DNA of 64,000 bases. Origin: an uncultured Mycoplasmatota bacterium. Its GTDB lineage: Bacteria > Bacillota_I > Bacilli_A > RF39 > UBA660. Under the pieces are notes generated by a model. That model did no database searches. It worked only from the letters and a program-made list of their open reading frames with translations, and was not told the origin of the DNA. The position numbers and the translations under genes are program-made. The stretch spans positions 31,852 through 95,851 of the forward strand of contig CANRVY010000001.1 in assembly GCA_947643405.1 (NCBI GenBank), given 5' to 3'. Every line of letters starts with the position of its first letter. Positions within the stretch are counted from its first letter, which is position 1. Positions 1 through 10,288 of the stretch are shown one piece after another.

Positions 1-178
1 TTAATAAAATTGGTAAAAGTAATTCTAAAATTGTAATTTCTCCTAATACGAATGGAAAAATCCCAGTTTTCATAATACGATATAAAATCATAATCAATAA
101 TACTTTCATAAACATTTGATAAGTTTGATCTTTTTGATTATAATTACAAATATTTTTTGTTTTTATATATTGTTTCAT
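1..178 (-). CDS. Partial small hydrophobic ORF of at least 59 aa (MKQYIKTKNICNYNQKDQTYQMFMKVLLIMILYRIMKTGIFPFVLGEITILELLLPILL...) that runs off the window start. Its ATG overlaps the TGA stop of the upstream gene (ATGA).
   Basis: Manual translation of the reverse complement of 1..178. There is no stop codon before the window edge. The ORF is not in the ORF track because it is incomplete. Confidence 0.2.
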   Translation of the reverse strand, partial: MKQYIKTKNICNYNQKDQTYQMFMKVLLIMILYRIMKTGIFPFVLGEITILELLLPILL

Positions 179-1392
179 ATTATTTTCTCCTTTTCTCTTT
201 TTATATTCTTATAAATATCAATATTAGATGGACATACATAATTACATAAACCACAATCGATACAACGTTGTATTTCGAATCTACTTAGGTTCCTTTTTTT
301 TGAGATTGCATCCATAATAAGAGCAGGGTGTAAATTCACAGGACAAGCTTTACTGCATTTTCCACACCTAATACAACTATCTTGTTTTATCTCTTTGGTT
401 ACTTTCCAGGCAGTAAAGGCTAATGCTTTGGCATCAATTATATAATTATTAATATTTATCACTTTTCCACTTACAATTCCCCCTTTTAAGAGTAACACAT
501 CTGTTGCTCTTTTATAACTTAATTGTTCTATTGCTTCTTGTAAAGAGGTTCCAATCCTAACTTCCATATAACAGTTGTTTTTCCACATATTTCCTGTAAA
601 TTGTATCATTGTTTTTATTTGTGGACGCCTATATTTTAAAGCTCCATAAATAGCTAACATAGTACTTACATTAAAAATAGTAATTCCATTTTCTATTAAT
701 CCATTTGCATAAGTCACCTTTTTGATCGCTCTAATTAATTCTTTTGCATTAGAAAGTGAATAGTATTCTTCCATCTCAACCATTTTTATTTTGCTATCTC
801 TAATACAAGATTTCCATTCCTCTAATAGCAATTCCTGGTTTTTAGGTACTACAATTAAAATTTCTTCAAAATTATAAATTTCCAAAAAGGCTTCTATTAG
901 TTCTAAAAGTTCTTTTCTTTCTATTTTTAATAGGAATGTTTGTAAATATATATAAGCATCTTGTTGTAATGCATTTATAATTAAAGTTTTATTTACTACT
1001 TTTCCTAACATTTCATAAGGCTCATTTTTATCTAAACTATTTATAATACCTAACTGAAACAATATATTTGAAATTTCTAATTTTGTATATGAATTTAATG
1101 AATATTCTATAATATTGTGTTCCCTAACTCGATTTTTAAAATCATTTCGTATTACGATTTTATTTGAATCTACCATTTCTACAATTCCACTGACTGAAGA
1201 GAAAATAGGAAAATGATTTCCTTTTCTGATTGCTATTTTTTCTTCTTGATACACATAGTCTCCTTTTTTTATAGAAGGAAGATAAATACCATCTGCTTTT
1301 AATGAAAAAATCACATAAGTGGGATTATCTAATAATATAACTTTATTACTGCATTCAATGTTTTCATTTTCTTCTAATTTTATTTTTTTCAT
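175..1392 (-). CDS. RnfC-family-like protein with two C-terminal 4Fe-4S ferredoxin motifs. No other rnf genes are in the window, so it is an orphan.
   Basis: The C-terminus carries CIRCGKCSKACP and CIDCGLCNYVCP (two CxxCxxCxxxCP motifs). The N-terminus resembles the RnfC barrel-sandwich region. The middle region is degenerate relative to the NuoF-like domain. Confidence 0.45.
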   Translation of the reverse strand: MKKIKLEENENIECSNKVILLDNPTYVIFSLKADGIYLPSIKKGDYVYQEEKIAIRKGNHFPIFSSVSGIVEMVDSNKIVIRNDFKNRVREHNIIEYSLNSYTKLEISNILFQLGIINSLDKNEPYEMLGKVVNKTLIINALQQDAYIYLQTFLLKIERKELLELIEAFLEIYNFEEILIVVPKNQELLLEEWKSCIRDSKIKMVEMEEYYSLSNAKELIRAIKKVTYANGLIENGITIFNVSTMLAIYGALKYRRPQIKTMIQFTGNMWKNNCYMEVRIGTSLQEAIEQLSYKRATDVLLLKGGIVSGKVININNYIIDAKALAFTAWKVTKEIKQDSCIRCGKCSKACPVNLHPALIMDAISKKRNLSRFEIQRCIDCGLCNYVCPSNIDIYKNIKREKEKII

Positions 1393-1430
1393 ATTCTCTC
1401 CTCTTTAAGAAAAAAAATGTAGTCTTTTTA

Positions 1431-2366
1431 CTACATCTTTTCTGTTTCCTTTATAATATAAATTGGTCTATGCTTCGCTTCCAAATAAGTTTTGGAAAGA
1501 TATTGCCCAATAATACCTGTACAAAATAATTGAACGCCTCCAACCAAGAAAATGATACAAGCTAAGCTTGGCCATCCACTCACTGGATCTCCCCAAATTA
1601 AAGTTTTTAAAATAATGATTACAATCATAATAAAAGCAATAAAGCAAAATAATATTCCAAGAATTGCAGACAGAACTAATGGAACCGTTGAAAAGGCTGT
1701 AATTCCATCTAATGCATAAGAAAATAATTTCCAAAAATTCCATTTCGTAGTTCCTGCCACTCTTTCTTGATTCTCAAACTCAATCCATTTTGTATCAAAT
1801 CCTACAAAACTAAATAAACCTTTTGAATAACGATTATATTCCTTCATAGAAAGAATTGCATCTACCATTTGTCTTGTCATTAATCTAAAATCTCTAGCAC
1901 CCGCTACCATTTTTGTTTTTGATATGGCACCTATTATTCTATAATACCATTTTGTACAAAATTTACGGAAAAATGAATAGCCATTTCTAGATGTCGATTT
2001 TGTGGCTACACAATCATAGCCCTCCTCTTTAATAAGACGCAACATTTCTTCTAGTAAATATGGAGGATCTTGTAAATCTACATCCATTGTAGTTACATAA
2101 TCACCAGTAGCATATTCAAGTCCAGCTAGCATTGCCGCTTCTTTTCCAAAATTTCTAGAAAATGATATATATCTTACTTTTTTATCTTTTTTTGATAAAC
2201 CTCTAATTTCTTCTAAACTTTTATCTTTTGATCCATCATTTATAAAAATCAATTCAAAAGTTATTTTCTTTTTCATTTTCTCGATTATTTTAGATATCTC
2301 TTGATAAAATAATGGAATAGCTTCTTCCTCATTGTAACAAGGAATTACTACACTTATTTTCTCCAC
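1431..2366 (-). CDS. Family 2 glycosyltransferase (GtrB/DPM1-like) with C-terminal transmembrane helices.
   Basis: The N-terminus is a GT-A domain (VVIPCYNEEEAI, DGSKD, DVDLQDPP containing a DxD motif). Two hydrophobic helices lie at the C-terminus. Confidence 0.75.
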   Translation of the reverse strand: MEKISVVIPCYNEEEAIPLFYQEISKIIEKMKKKITFELIFINDGSKDKSLEEIRGLSKKDKKVRYISFSRNFGKEAAMLAGLEYATGDYVTTMDVDLQDPPYLLEEMLRLIKEEGYDCVATKSTSRNGYSFFRKFCTKWYYRIIGAISKTKMVAGARDFRLMTRQMVDAILSMKEYNRYSKGLFSFVGFDTKWIEFENQERVAGTTKWNFWKLFSYALDGITAFSTVPLVLSAILGILFCFIAFIMIVIIILKTLIWGDPVSGWPSLACIIFLVGGVQLFCTGIIGQYLSKTYLEAKHRPIYIIKETEKM

Positions 2367-2404
2367 ATTATCACTTCCTATTTTTTATTATAGCAAACGA
2401 TATA

Positions 2405-2441
2405 TAAAAAAACAAGAAAAAAGAAATCATTTGATTTCTTA
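2405..2441 (-). terminator. Rho-independent terminator of pseudopilin gene 1.
   Basis: Minus strand reads AAGAAATCAAATGATTTCTT followed by TTTTTTCTTGTTTTTTT. The hairpin overlaps the TAA stop. Confidence 0.5.
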
Positions 2442-2885
2442 TTCACATTTAACTTTTTGAGTTGCTGCTGAAATAGTACATTTATGACCATTTACTTTTG
2501 GCTCTTTACCAGTTTCTGTTTCCATAAATCTACCTTCAGAGTCTAATTTAATTTCACCATCGGTCAATTTTGTACCACTAAAATCTACTGGTCCAGTTTG
2601 TGCTTGGGCTCCTCCTGTTGTATCTGTACTATCTGTATAAATACATTCATCCTCAGTACAAGTAACTGTAATTGGCATTGCTAATGTTTTATCTTCTACA
2701 ATAGCTGTAAAATAAGCATATTTTGAGGCTTCCATCATTCCATATACGCTATTTTCTGCTGCTCCTCTTTTAGCCTTTGTAATAATTTGTAAAATCACTG
2801 GTGTTGCAATTAATGCAATAACTGCTAAAATTACGATAACTGCTAATAGTTCAATTAAAGTAAAACCTTTCTTATTATTTTTCAT
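2439..2885 (-). CDS. ComGC-like pseudopilin / type IV pilin-like protein with an N-terminal methylation motif.
   Basis: MKNNKKGFTLIELLAVIVILAVIAL is a class III signal with G|FTLIE. The hydrophobic helix is followed by a small globular domain with a C-terminal Cys pair. The RBS is AAGGAGGG. Confidence 0.8.
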   Translation of the reverse strand: MKNNKKGFTLIELLAVIVILAVIALIATPVILQIITKAKRGAAENSVYGMMEASKYAYFTAIVEDKTLAMPITVTCTEDECIYTDSTDTTGGAQAQTGPVDFSGTKLTDGEIKLDSEGRFMETETGKEPKVNGHKCTISAATQKVKCE

Positions 2886-2983
2886 AATTCTTCCCTCCTT
2901 TATTATACGATATTAGTATAACACATATCCCTTGTAAAAATCAAACATAACTGCAGTTTTTATCACTTTTTGTCAAAATAAAA

Positions 2984-3016
2984 TTTAAAAAAAAGAAACT
3001 TGCATTTCTTTTTTTA
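2984..3016 (-). terminator. Rho-independent terminator of pseudopilin gene 2.
   Basis: Minus strand reads AAGAAATGCAAGTTTCTT followed by a T-run. Confidence 0.5.
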
Positions 3017-3442
3017 TTCACAAGTAACTTTTTCTTTTTCTATTTTACAAGTGAAATTATTAACTCTAATTCCAGTTGCATCTTGTACAATTCCATCTTC
3101 ATCAATTTTAAAAGATCCTTCACTTGGAATTGTCCCACTAAAATTTACTTTCCATTTACTTCCATCTGTTTCTTCTTGAACAAATTCACAAGCTGCATTA
3201 GCACCAGTACCTGAACATGTTACTATTATTGGTAATGTAATTTGCTTTTCATCTAATAATGTGGACATATAAGTTGTTTTAGCCGCTGAGATTACTCCAT
3301 ATAAACTATCTTGTGCAGCTGATTTTCTAGCTTTTGCAATAATATTTAAAACAATTGGCGTTGCAATTAATGCGATGATTGCTAAAATTACGATAACTGC
3401 TAAAAGTTCAATTAAAGTAAAACCTTTCTTATTATTTTTCAT
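3014..3442 (-). CDS. ComGC-like pseudopilin, a paralog of the 2439..2885 gene.
   Basis: The N-terminus is MKNNKKGFTLIELLAVIVILAIIAL. Cys residues lie at the C-terminus. The promoter 12-mer is shared with the upstream paralog. Confidence 0.8.
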   Translation of the reverse strand: MKNNKKGFTLIELLAVIVILAIIALIATPIVLNIIAKARKSAAQDSLYGVISAAKTTYMSTLLDEKQITLPIIVTCSGTGANAACEFVQEETDGSKWKVNFSGTIPSEGSFKIDEDGIVQDATGIRVNNFTCKIEKEKVTCE

Positions 3443-3616
3443 TTTCTTCCCTCCTCTATGTTACATTTTTAGTATAACACTTATTTTTATTTTAATCAAC
3501 AAAAATTGTTCTTTTTTGACAAAATATGAAAATATTTTTTTGATTTTTACCTTTTTTATTAAAAAACAAGACCTTTTTATTAATTTTATTGTTGTCATTA
3601 TTTGACATTTTTATTT

Positions 3617-3650
3617 ACAAAAAAAGTATTTAGCAAGAAGTAAATACTTT
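3617..3650 (-). terminator. Rho-independent terminator of pseudopilin gene 3.
   Basis: Minus strand reads AAGTATTTACTTCTTGCTAAATACTT followed by TTTTTTT. The hairpin includes the stop codon. Confidence 0.5.
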
Positions 3651-4085
3651 TATTTTTTCGTCATATTTGCACAAATGAGAATCAATTGCTAAATTTTTTG
3701 GTGCTACTGAACCATCATCATATATTATTACACTTCCACTACTAGGAACAGTTCCGGAAAAAGTTAATTGATATACAATTGGCTTTTCTTCTGATAACAA
3801 TGCTATTCCATCTTCTTTTGTAATGGTTCCAATCATTGCTTCACAAACGATTTTATTACAAATAAATTCAAGGCCTTCTGATGGAAATATAGCATCATTG
3901 TCTACCATAGAAGTGGCATAAAAATATTTTGCTGCATCTAATACTCGATTGGCCGTTTCTGTCCTAGCTTTACCTCTATTTTTATCTAAAATATTAAATA
4001 TTATTGGAGTAACAATTAAAGCTAATAACCCTAAAATAACAATTACTGCTAATAATTCCACTAAAGTAAAGCCATTCCTTTTCAT
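3630..4085 (-). CDS. Pseudopilin / type IV pilin-like protein.
   Basis: The N-terminus is MKRNGFTLVELLAVIVILGLLALI with Glu at +5 after the Gly. Cys residues lie at the C-terminus. Confidence 0.75.
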   Translation of the reverse strand: MKRNGFTLVELLAVIVILGLLALIVTPIIFNILDKNRGKARTETANRVLDAAKYFYATSMVDNDAIFPSEGLEFICNKIVCEAMIGTITKEDGIALLSEEKPIVYQLTFSGTVPSSGSVIIYDDGSVAPKNLAIDSHLCKYDEKIKVFTSC

Positions 4086-4130
4086 TTTACCAATCTTCCT
4101 TCTATTATAGATATACCAAAAATATATAAT

Positions 4131-5015
4131 TTAGTCAATGGTTTCAGATAGAGATGACAAAACCTCTTTTATAGTTTTTTCAAAATTTTCAAAGTTTACT
4201 GAAAACCACTCAACTGGTATTTGATGATGAAACCAAGTATATTGCCTTTTTGCATATTTTCTACAATTTTGTTTAATTGTTTCTTTGGCTTCTTCTAAAG
4301 AACAAGTTCCTTCAAAATAAGAAAATAATTCTTTATAACCGATTGGAGTTAAAACAGCTTTGCTTCTAATATTAGAATCAAAAAGTGCTTTTGCTTCTTC
4401 TAATAACCCTTCTTCAAACATCTTATCAGTTCTTTGATTAATTCTTTCATATAACAACTCTCTATCACAAGTTAACCCAATAATTTTACAAGAATATAAA
4501 AGTTTTTCCGTTTTTTCCTTCGAACTAGGAATTTCTCCTGTTTCTTTAAAAGAATTAATCGCTCTAATAATTCTTTTACGATTATTTGGATGAATCTCTG
4601 TATTTGGGTCTATTTCTAACAATTTTGAAAACAATATAGATGTTTCTGTGCCTTCATACTGATCATTACATATACCATCTACAAATTGATAATCATAAAG
4701 TGCAGCTTTAATATATAAACCTGTTCCACCTACCAAAATGGGAGTCTTTCCTTTTTTTAAAATTCCATCGATTTTTTTTCTACAATCTTTCTGGTAATCA
4801 TAAACAGTATAGTCTTCCGTAATTTCTTTAAAATCAAATAAATGATGAGGAATATTCTCCTTTTCTTCCTCTGTTACTTTAGCTGTTGCAATATCTAATC
4901 CTTTATATACTTGAGTACTATCTGCATTAATAATCTCGCCATTTAATATTTTCGCAAGTTCAATACTCATCTTTGTTTTCCCAACTGCTGTTGGTCCCAC
5001 AATTACAATTATCAT
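4131..5015 (-). CDS. miaA: tRNA dimethylallyltransferase.
   Basis: The P-loop is IVIVGPTAVGKTK. Length is MiaA-like and the QVYKGLDIATAK motif is present. Confidence 0.85.
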   Translation of the reverse strand: MIIVIVGPTAVGKTKMSIELAKILNGEIINADSTQVYKGLDIATAKVTEEEKENIPHHLFDFKEITEDYTVYDYQKDCRKKIDGILKKGKTPILVGGTGLYIKAALYDYQFVDGICNDQYEGTETSILFSKLLEIDPNTEIHPNNRKRIIRAINSFKETGEIPSSKEKTEKLLYSCKIIGLTCDRELLYERINQRTDKMFEEGLLEEAKALFDSNIRSKAVLTPIGYKELFSYFEGTCSLEEAKETIKQNCRKYAKRQYTWFHHQIPVEWFSVNFENFEKTIKEVLSSLSETID

Positions 5016-5025
5016 TTTACACCTC

Positions 5026-5988
5026 TTAAAAATCTATATTTGCTCTGATAAAGCAATCTTCTAGTTCGACTAAAAAAGATTTTTTTAATTTTTGATAGCC
5101 TACTTTACTCAAAATGATTTTTCCTTCTTTAATACGAACTGTTATTCCAATTGCTTTTAAGAATTCCTCAATTCTAATATTCTCAGGATTATCCATCAAA
5201 TAACAAAAGGAACGAATTAGTTGTGGTTCTTTTAAAATTTGACCATGCATATAACTAGCCAATAAAACACTATACAAATATTTCTTATGGAAAGGAAGAG
5301 ATAAACTACCAATTGACAAAATATCATCCATCATAATCTGACAATTCTTTGGAAGCATTTCCTCATTTGAAATATTATGGACTTTTAATTCTAAAATAAA
5401 AGTCTCCAAACCTAAAGAATGTTTCTTTTGATAAAGCTCAATCAATTTTAATTCCATGATCATATGAACTGTAAAAATATTTATATAAATAAAACGATTC
5501 ATCTTTTGATAATATGGTTCTTTGTTTTTATATTTTATACTTTCTAAATAATCCTGAAATAAAAATTCTGCTAAAAGAGTTAATGTATCAAGAAAATAAT
5601 CATTTTCTTTTTTTAATATCCCATTTTTATTCATCCAATATTCAAAAAACACATGAATTAAATCAAAGCTATCCTTTAATGTATAAGAAGCTGTGATTCC
5701 ATATTTGTATGATTCCTTCTTCTTCTTTTTTGTTTTTTCAAAAATAATTTTGTTATGATCTAATGCATAATCAAATTCAAGAGCATATTTTATATCAATA
5801 GAAGCTAAAAATTCATGAACATAATTTAATGTATCAGATTTGATAATATAATCTTTAAAAGGATAAGAGTCAATATTTAAATTATAACGATTATTTACAA
5901 AAATAAAAGCAAAATCTTCTATTAATTTTAATTCTTTTAATGAAGAAGAACGGCTATTCAAATAAGTTTCTACAATTTTCTCTAACAC
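5026..5988 (-). CDS. Hypothetical protein.
   Basis: Long ORF with coding-like composition between miaA and queA. No motif was recognised. Confidence 0.35.
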   Translation of the reverse strand: MLEKIVETYLNSRSSSLKELKLIEDFAFIFVNNRYNLNIDSYPFKDYIIKSDTLNYVHEFLASIDIKYALEFDYALDHNKIIFEKTKKKKKESYKYGITASYTLKDSFDLIHVFFEYWMNKNGILKKENDYFLDTLTLLAEFLFQDYLESIKYKNKEPYYQKMNRFIYINIFTVHMIMELKLIELYQKKHSLGLETFILELKVHNISNEEMLPKNCQIMMDDILSIGSLSLPFHKKYLYSVLLASYMHGQILKEPQLIRSFCYLMDNPENIRIEEFLKAIGITVRIKEGKIILSKVGYQKLKKSFLVELEDCFIRANIDF

Positions 5989-5996
5989 AAGATCTC

Positions 5997-7022
5997 CTAT
6001 TTGATAAACATACTGTCTCCGAAAGAAAAAAATCGATATTCTTTTTCTATAGCTTCCTTATAAGCATTTAATATATGTTCTTTTCCAGCCAAAGCGCTTA
6101 CTAGCATCACCAAAGTAGATTTTGGAAGATGAAAATTAGTAATTAAATGGTCAATTGCTTTAAACTGATATCCAGGATAAATAAAAATATCTGTCCAACC
6201 ACTACATTCTTTGAATTCATTATAAAGTGACATAATTGATTCCAATGTTCTAGTTGTAGTAGTTCCCACACCAATAATGGGTCTGTTTTCTCGTTTTGCT
6301 TTTGAAAGAATATTTGCAGTTTCTTTACTCATTTCATAGAATTCACTATGCATTTTATGAGACTTAACATCTTCTACACTAACAGGTCTAAAAGTTCCAA
6401 GTCCTACATGTAAAGTAATAGGCACTACAATAACCCCTTTGTCTTTTATCTTTTGTAATAAATCCTCTGTAAAATGAAGTCCTGCTGTTGGAGCTGCTGC
6501 ACTCCCTAGATTTTTTGCATATACAGTTTGATAACGATCTTTTTCTTCTAATTTTTCATGAATGTATGGAGGGAGTGGCATTTCTCCTAACTCATCTAGT
6601 ATTTCATAGAAAATGCCCTGGTAAAAGAACTTCATAAGACGAATTCCTTCTTCTTTTTCTTCTACACATTCTGCTATTATTTTTCCACCACCAAAAGAAA
6701 TAACAGTCCCTTTTTTTACTCTTTTGGCTGGTTTGGCTAAGCATTCCCAAATATCGTTTCCTGTATCTTTTAACATTAATAATTCAATTATAGCATGTGT
6801 TACAAATTTTTCTCCATAAAGACGAGCAGGAATCACTTTTGTATCATTTACTACTAATACATCACCTTCATTTAAATATTCCAAAATATCTGAAAAAACA
6901 TGATGTTCTATCTTTCCTGTTTCTTTATCTAAAACAAGTAGCTTTGAAGCATCTCTTCTTTGAAGGGGAGTTTGAGCAATTAAATGTTCTGGCAATTCAT
7001 AGTCAAAATCTTCTGTTTTCAT
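5997..7022 (-). CDS. queA: S-adenosylmethionine:tRNA ribosyltransferase-isomerase.
   Basis: [20 protein letters not shown] is the typical QueA N-terminus. The ORF is 341 aa. Confidence 0.9.
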   Translation of the reverse strand: MKTEDFDYELPEHLIAQTPLQRRDASKLLVLDKETGKIEHHVFSDILEYLNEGDVLVVNDTKVIPARLYGEKFVTHAIIELLMLKDTGNDIWECLAKPAKRVKKGTVISFGGGKIIAECVEEKEEGIRLMKFFYQGIFYEILDELGEMPLPPYIHEKLEEKDRYQTVYAKNLGSAAAPTAGLHFTEDLLQKIKDKGVIVVPITLHVGLGTFRPVSVEDVKSHKMHSEFYEMSKETANILSKAKRENRPIIGVGTTTTRTLESIMSLYNEFKECSGWTDIFIYPGYQFKAIDHLITNFHLPKSTLVMLVSALAGKEHILNAYKEAIEKEYRFFSFGDSMFIK

Positions 7023-7633
7023 TATCTCACGCTCCTTTTATACAGTTCTGCTGATTGATATGATTTTATAATTTTAAAAATCTTTTTCTTTAGAATCATT
7101 ATTTCCATTTCTTGATCAAGCTCTTTTAAAGAGTCCTCTATTCTTCTACATAAAAAATGAAAAATTCTTTTTATTCTTTCTTGTTCAACTTTATATTGAT
7201 TTACCAAAGAGGAATGATAATCAATCACTAATGCATGCTCAAACACCTTTTTCATCCATGCTTCATCTGATAAAAGTTTTAAAAACAATTTATCATGAAT
7301 ATTTTTTTCTGTGATCGCGTCACATACTAGACATAATAGTGTGACAGAATATGCAACTACCTTTTTTGGAAACAAGTAGACCAAATGGCAATAAGTAAAT
7401 TCTCTTTTTAATTTTTGTTCTTGTGAGGACAAATCAGAATTTAAATAAGAAAATGTATTTGCAAATAACAAAGCATCTTCTAAAGTCAGTTTATTTTTTA
7501 ACTCTTCTATTTCTCCAAAAATGAAAGCTTCTATAGAATTCTTTTTCATAGTAGACCCATATAACATTTGATATTTTGATTTCAATTTTTCAGAAATGGG
7601 AGTTATGATTACTTCTGTTTTTAACTGCTTCAT
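7022..7633 (-). CDS. Hypothetical protein.
   Basis: ORF between ruvB and queA, overlapping the queA start by 1 nt. No motif was recognised. Confidence 0.35.
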   Translation of the reverse strand: MKQLKTEVIITPISEKLKSKYQMLYGSTMKKNSIEAFIFGEIEELKNKLTLEDALLFANTFSYLNSDLSSQEQKLKREFTYCHLVYLFPKKVVAYSVTLLCLVCDAITEKNIHDKLFLKLLSDEAWMKKVFEHALVIDYHSSLVNQYKVEQERIKRIFHFLCRRIEDSLKELDQEMEIMILKKKIFKIIKSYQSAELYKRSVR

Positions 7634-7638
7634 AAATA

Positions 7639-8643
7639 CTATTCTATATTATCAGGACAAGGAATTCCTAAATGTTCATATGCTTTTCTTGTAACAATTC
7701 TTCCACGACTTGTTCGTTTTAAAAATCCATGTTGTAATAAATATGGTTCATAAACATCTTCGATGGTTGTTTGTTCTTCTCCAATACTAGAAGCAATTGC
7801 TTCTATTCCTACTGGTCCACCATTAAATTTTTCAATAATTGATTTTAATAAATGATAATCTGTATCATCTAGTCCCATAGAATCTACTTTTAAACGATTT
7901 AAAGCAAGTGAGGTAATCTCTAAATCGATGACTCCATTTCCCATTACAAGCGCATAATCTCTCACACGTTTAAATAATCGATTTGCAATACGTGGAGTGC
8001 CTCTACTACGACGTGCTAATTCAGCTGCTGCATCTTCTTCTATTGGAGAATTAAGAACTTTACTTGTTCTCTTCACAATCTCCGTTAATTCTTCTACTGT
8101 ATAATAATTTAATTTAGAAATAATACCAAAACGATCTCTTAATGGTCCAGTTAAATCTCCAGCTCTTGTCGTGGCTCCAACTAAAGTAAAAGGAGGTAAA
8201 TCAATTCTAATATTTCTACTACTAGAGTCGCTTCCAACAATAATATCCAGTGTAAAATCTTCCATTGCTGAATATAAAATTTCTTCTATAAAACGGGGAA
8301 TTCTGTGAATTTCATCCACAAATAGTACATCTCCTGGCTCTAAGCTAGATAAAATCGCTGCTAAATCTCCACTTTTTTCAATAGCTGGTCCACTTGCTGT
8401 TTTAATATTGCTTCCAAGTTCATTTGAAATAATATATGCAAGCGTTGTTTTTCCAAGTCCAGGAGGTCCATATAATAATACATGATCCAACGATTCTTCT
8501 CTCATTAAAGCTGCCTTTATAAAAATTTTTAAATTTTCTTTTACTTCTGTCTGCCCAATATAATCTTCTAATTTTTCAGGACGAATATTTTGCTCAAATT
8601 TATCTTCTTCCAATTGTTCATTAGTAAGAATTCTATCTTCCAT
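7639..8643 (-). CDS. ruvB: Holliday junction branch migration ATPase RuvB.
   Basis: Walker [12 protein letters not shown] is present. The 334-aa sequence matches RuvB throughout. Confidence 0.95.
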   Translation of the reverse strand: MEDRILTNEQLEEDKFEQNIRPEKLEDYIGQTEVKENLKIFIKAALMREESLDHVLLYGPPGLGKTTLAYIISNELGSNIKTASGPAIEKSGDLAAILSSLEPGDVLFVDEIHRIPRFIEEILYSAMEDFTLDIIVGSDSSSRNIRIDLPPFTLVGATTRAGDLTGPLRDRFGIISKLNYYTVEELTEIVKRTSKVLNSPIEEDAAAELARRSRGTPRIANRLFKRVRDYALVMGNGVIDLEITSLALNRLKVDSMGLDDTDYHLLKSIIEKFNGGPVGIEAIASSIGEEQTTIEDVYEPYLLQHGFLKRTSRGRIVTRKAYEHLGIPCPDNIE

Positions 8644-8654
8644 ATAAAACCTCC

Positions 8655-9206
8655 TTATTTTAATAACAATCTAAGTGCCTCTTTAATTTGTTCTTCGATA
8701 GAATTATTTTTAGACACTTTTGAAATTATCTTTTTTATATCTATTGGTTTATAACCCAATGCTTTTAACGCTTCTACAAGTTCATCATTAGCTATGACTT
8801 CTTCTTTATTATCGCTTACCAATTTTCCTTTTAAATCTAATATAATTTGTCTTGCTACTTTATCTCCTATTTTCGGGAATTTTTTCAAATATAAAATATT
8901 TTCTCTTTCAATGGCATCTACTATTCCATTAATAGAGCCAGTCGCTAACATTGGGAGAGTCATTTTACAACCTAGCCCTTTTACATTGATCAGTTTTAAA
9001 AATAATTCTTTTTCCTCTTTTGATACAAAACCATATAAGGTTTCTTCATCTTCCCTAATATATTGATAAAGATATACTTTTGTTTCTTTTCCTATTTCAA
9101 ATGAATAAGGATTCGCTGTATAAATGAGATAGCCAATTCCATTATTTTCAACAACTATAAAACTACTATCAATATCTGTTACTACTCCTTTTAAATATGC
9201 ATACAT
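8655..9206 (-). CDS. ruvA: Holliday junction DNA helicase RuvA.
   Basis: MYAYLKGVV begins the protein. A helix-hairpin-helix region ([10 protein letters not shown]) is present. The gene is adjacent to ruvB. Confidence 0.85.
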   Translation of the reverse strand: MYAYLKGVVTDIDSSFIVVENNGIGYLIYTANPYSFEIGKETKVYLYQYIREDEETLYGFVSKEEKELFLKLINVKGLGCKMTLPMLATGSINGIVDAIERENILYLKKFPKIGDKVARQIILDLKGKLVSDNKEEVIANDELVEALKALGYKPIDIKKIISKVSKNNSIEEQIKEALRLLLK

Positions 9207-9268
9207 AAATGTTTCCCTCCTATTATACTGGAAAAAGAAAGAGTTTTTCTACCCTTTCTTTGCAATTA

Positions 9269-9571
9269 TTATCTTTTTTTGAAAAATATACGAATGGTAT
9301 AAAATTCAAATATAGAAACTAAAATAATATATCCCAAAATTAATAAGGTATTAAAAATTCCTGTTGAATATGTATTAATAATTCCAGGGACAGAAGCAGG
9401 TATATATTTATTCACAAAATTTGTAAATTCTACAATTTTAAGTAACCCTGCTATTCCATGCATCAATCGTAAAAATATATCTGCGATCATAACAAAATAA
9501 ACAAAGCTACTAAATTGTTTAAAGAAAAATACAACAATTCCAATTAATACAACTAATATAATTAAATCCAT
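9269..9571 (-). CDS. Small membrane protein.
   Basis: Three predicted transmembrane segments in a 100-aa ORF. Confidence 0.35.
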   Translation of the reverse strand: MDLIILVVLIGIVVFFFKQFSSFVYFVMIADIFLRLMHGIAGLLKIVEFTNFVNKYIPASVPGIINTYSTGIFNTLLILGYIILVSIFEFYTIRIFFKKR

Positions 9572-9582
9572 AAAAACCCTTC

Positions 9583-10287
9583 CTATTCTACTTCTTCTTT
9601 TGATACGATTCCAAAATCTTTATATACAATTTTCATTTTATATGTTTGAATAATTTCTTGACTATATTTCTGCATTTCTTTTAAGTCTAACTCAATTTCT
9701 ACTATTTGATTATTTTTTTCTACTACTTCTATTGTAATAAAACTATCATCAGTAATTATAGCTTGACGATAAAGTTCTACAAATTTTGCAGTACCTATCG
9801 AATATCCTTTTTTTACAAGTCCACTTTCTTCATAATTGGTTGTATATTCAAGTTTACTATTTAATAATATTTCATTTAAGAAATCTGGACGCAATTTCAA
9901 TAAATCATAACCAAGTAAAGATGTTTCTTTAATAAAAATCTTATTATACCCTTCTAAATGATATAAAAAATTTTGTTCTAAATAATAAATATCTTCACCA
10001 ATTGTTAATTTTTCATAGTCGCCATTTCGAGCACTATTTAAAATGTAAATTTCTTCATTAATTGTAAATGTTATTTCTGATTTATAATTTGACATTACTT
10101 TCCATTCATCTCTAGAATTTAATACTTCTTTTTTTGGAGTATGAGTTCCTCTTACATCAAATATGGAAAAAATTAAAAGAAAGAAGAAGCCCCATAGAAC
10201 AAGTTTCACAAGGGCTCTTGTTCTTCTATTTTCTAATAACTCTTTTACTAATTTTACGTGTTCATTTTCTTTAATCTTTTTTATCAT
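9583..10287 (-). CDS. Membrane-anchored hypothetical protein.
   Basis: A single N-terminal transmembrane helix (LVLWGFFFLLIFSIF) is followed by a soluble domain. Confidence 0.4.
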   Translation of the reverse strand: MIKKIKENEHVKLVKELLENRRTRALVKLVLWGFFFLLIFSIFDVRGTHTPKKEVLNSRDEWKVMSNYKSEITFTINEEIYILNSARNGDYEKLTIGEDIYYLEQNFLYHLEGYNKIFIKETSLLGYDLLKLRPDFLNEILLNSKLEYTTNYEESGLVKKGYSIGTAKFVELYRQAIITDDSFITIEVVEKNNQIVEIELDLKEMQKYSQEIIQTYKMKIVYKDFGIVSKEEVE

Positions 10288-10288
10288 A

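Noticed and set aside
1468..1743. 91-aa same-strand alternate-frame ORF inside the GT2 gene.
   Set aside because: It is fully nested in the GT2 coding frame, which has clear GT-A motifs. There is no independent evidence for it.
3375..3605. 76-aa plus-strand ORF in the pseudopilin 2/3 intergenic region.
   Set aside because: It is Ile/Phe/Leu-rich, a low-complexity translation of AT-rich promoter and terminator DNA. It has no RBS and overlaps the pseudopilin promoter elements on the other strand.
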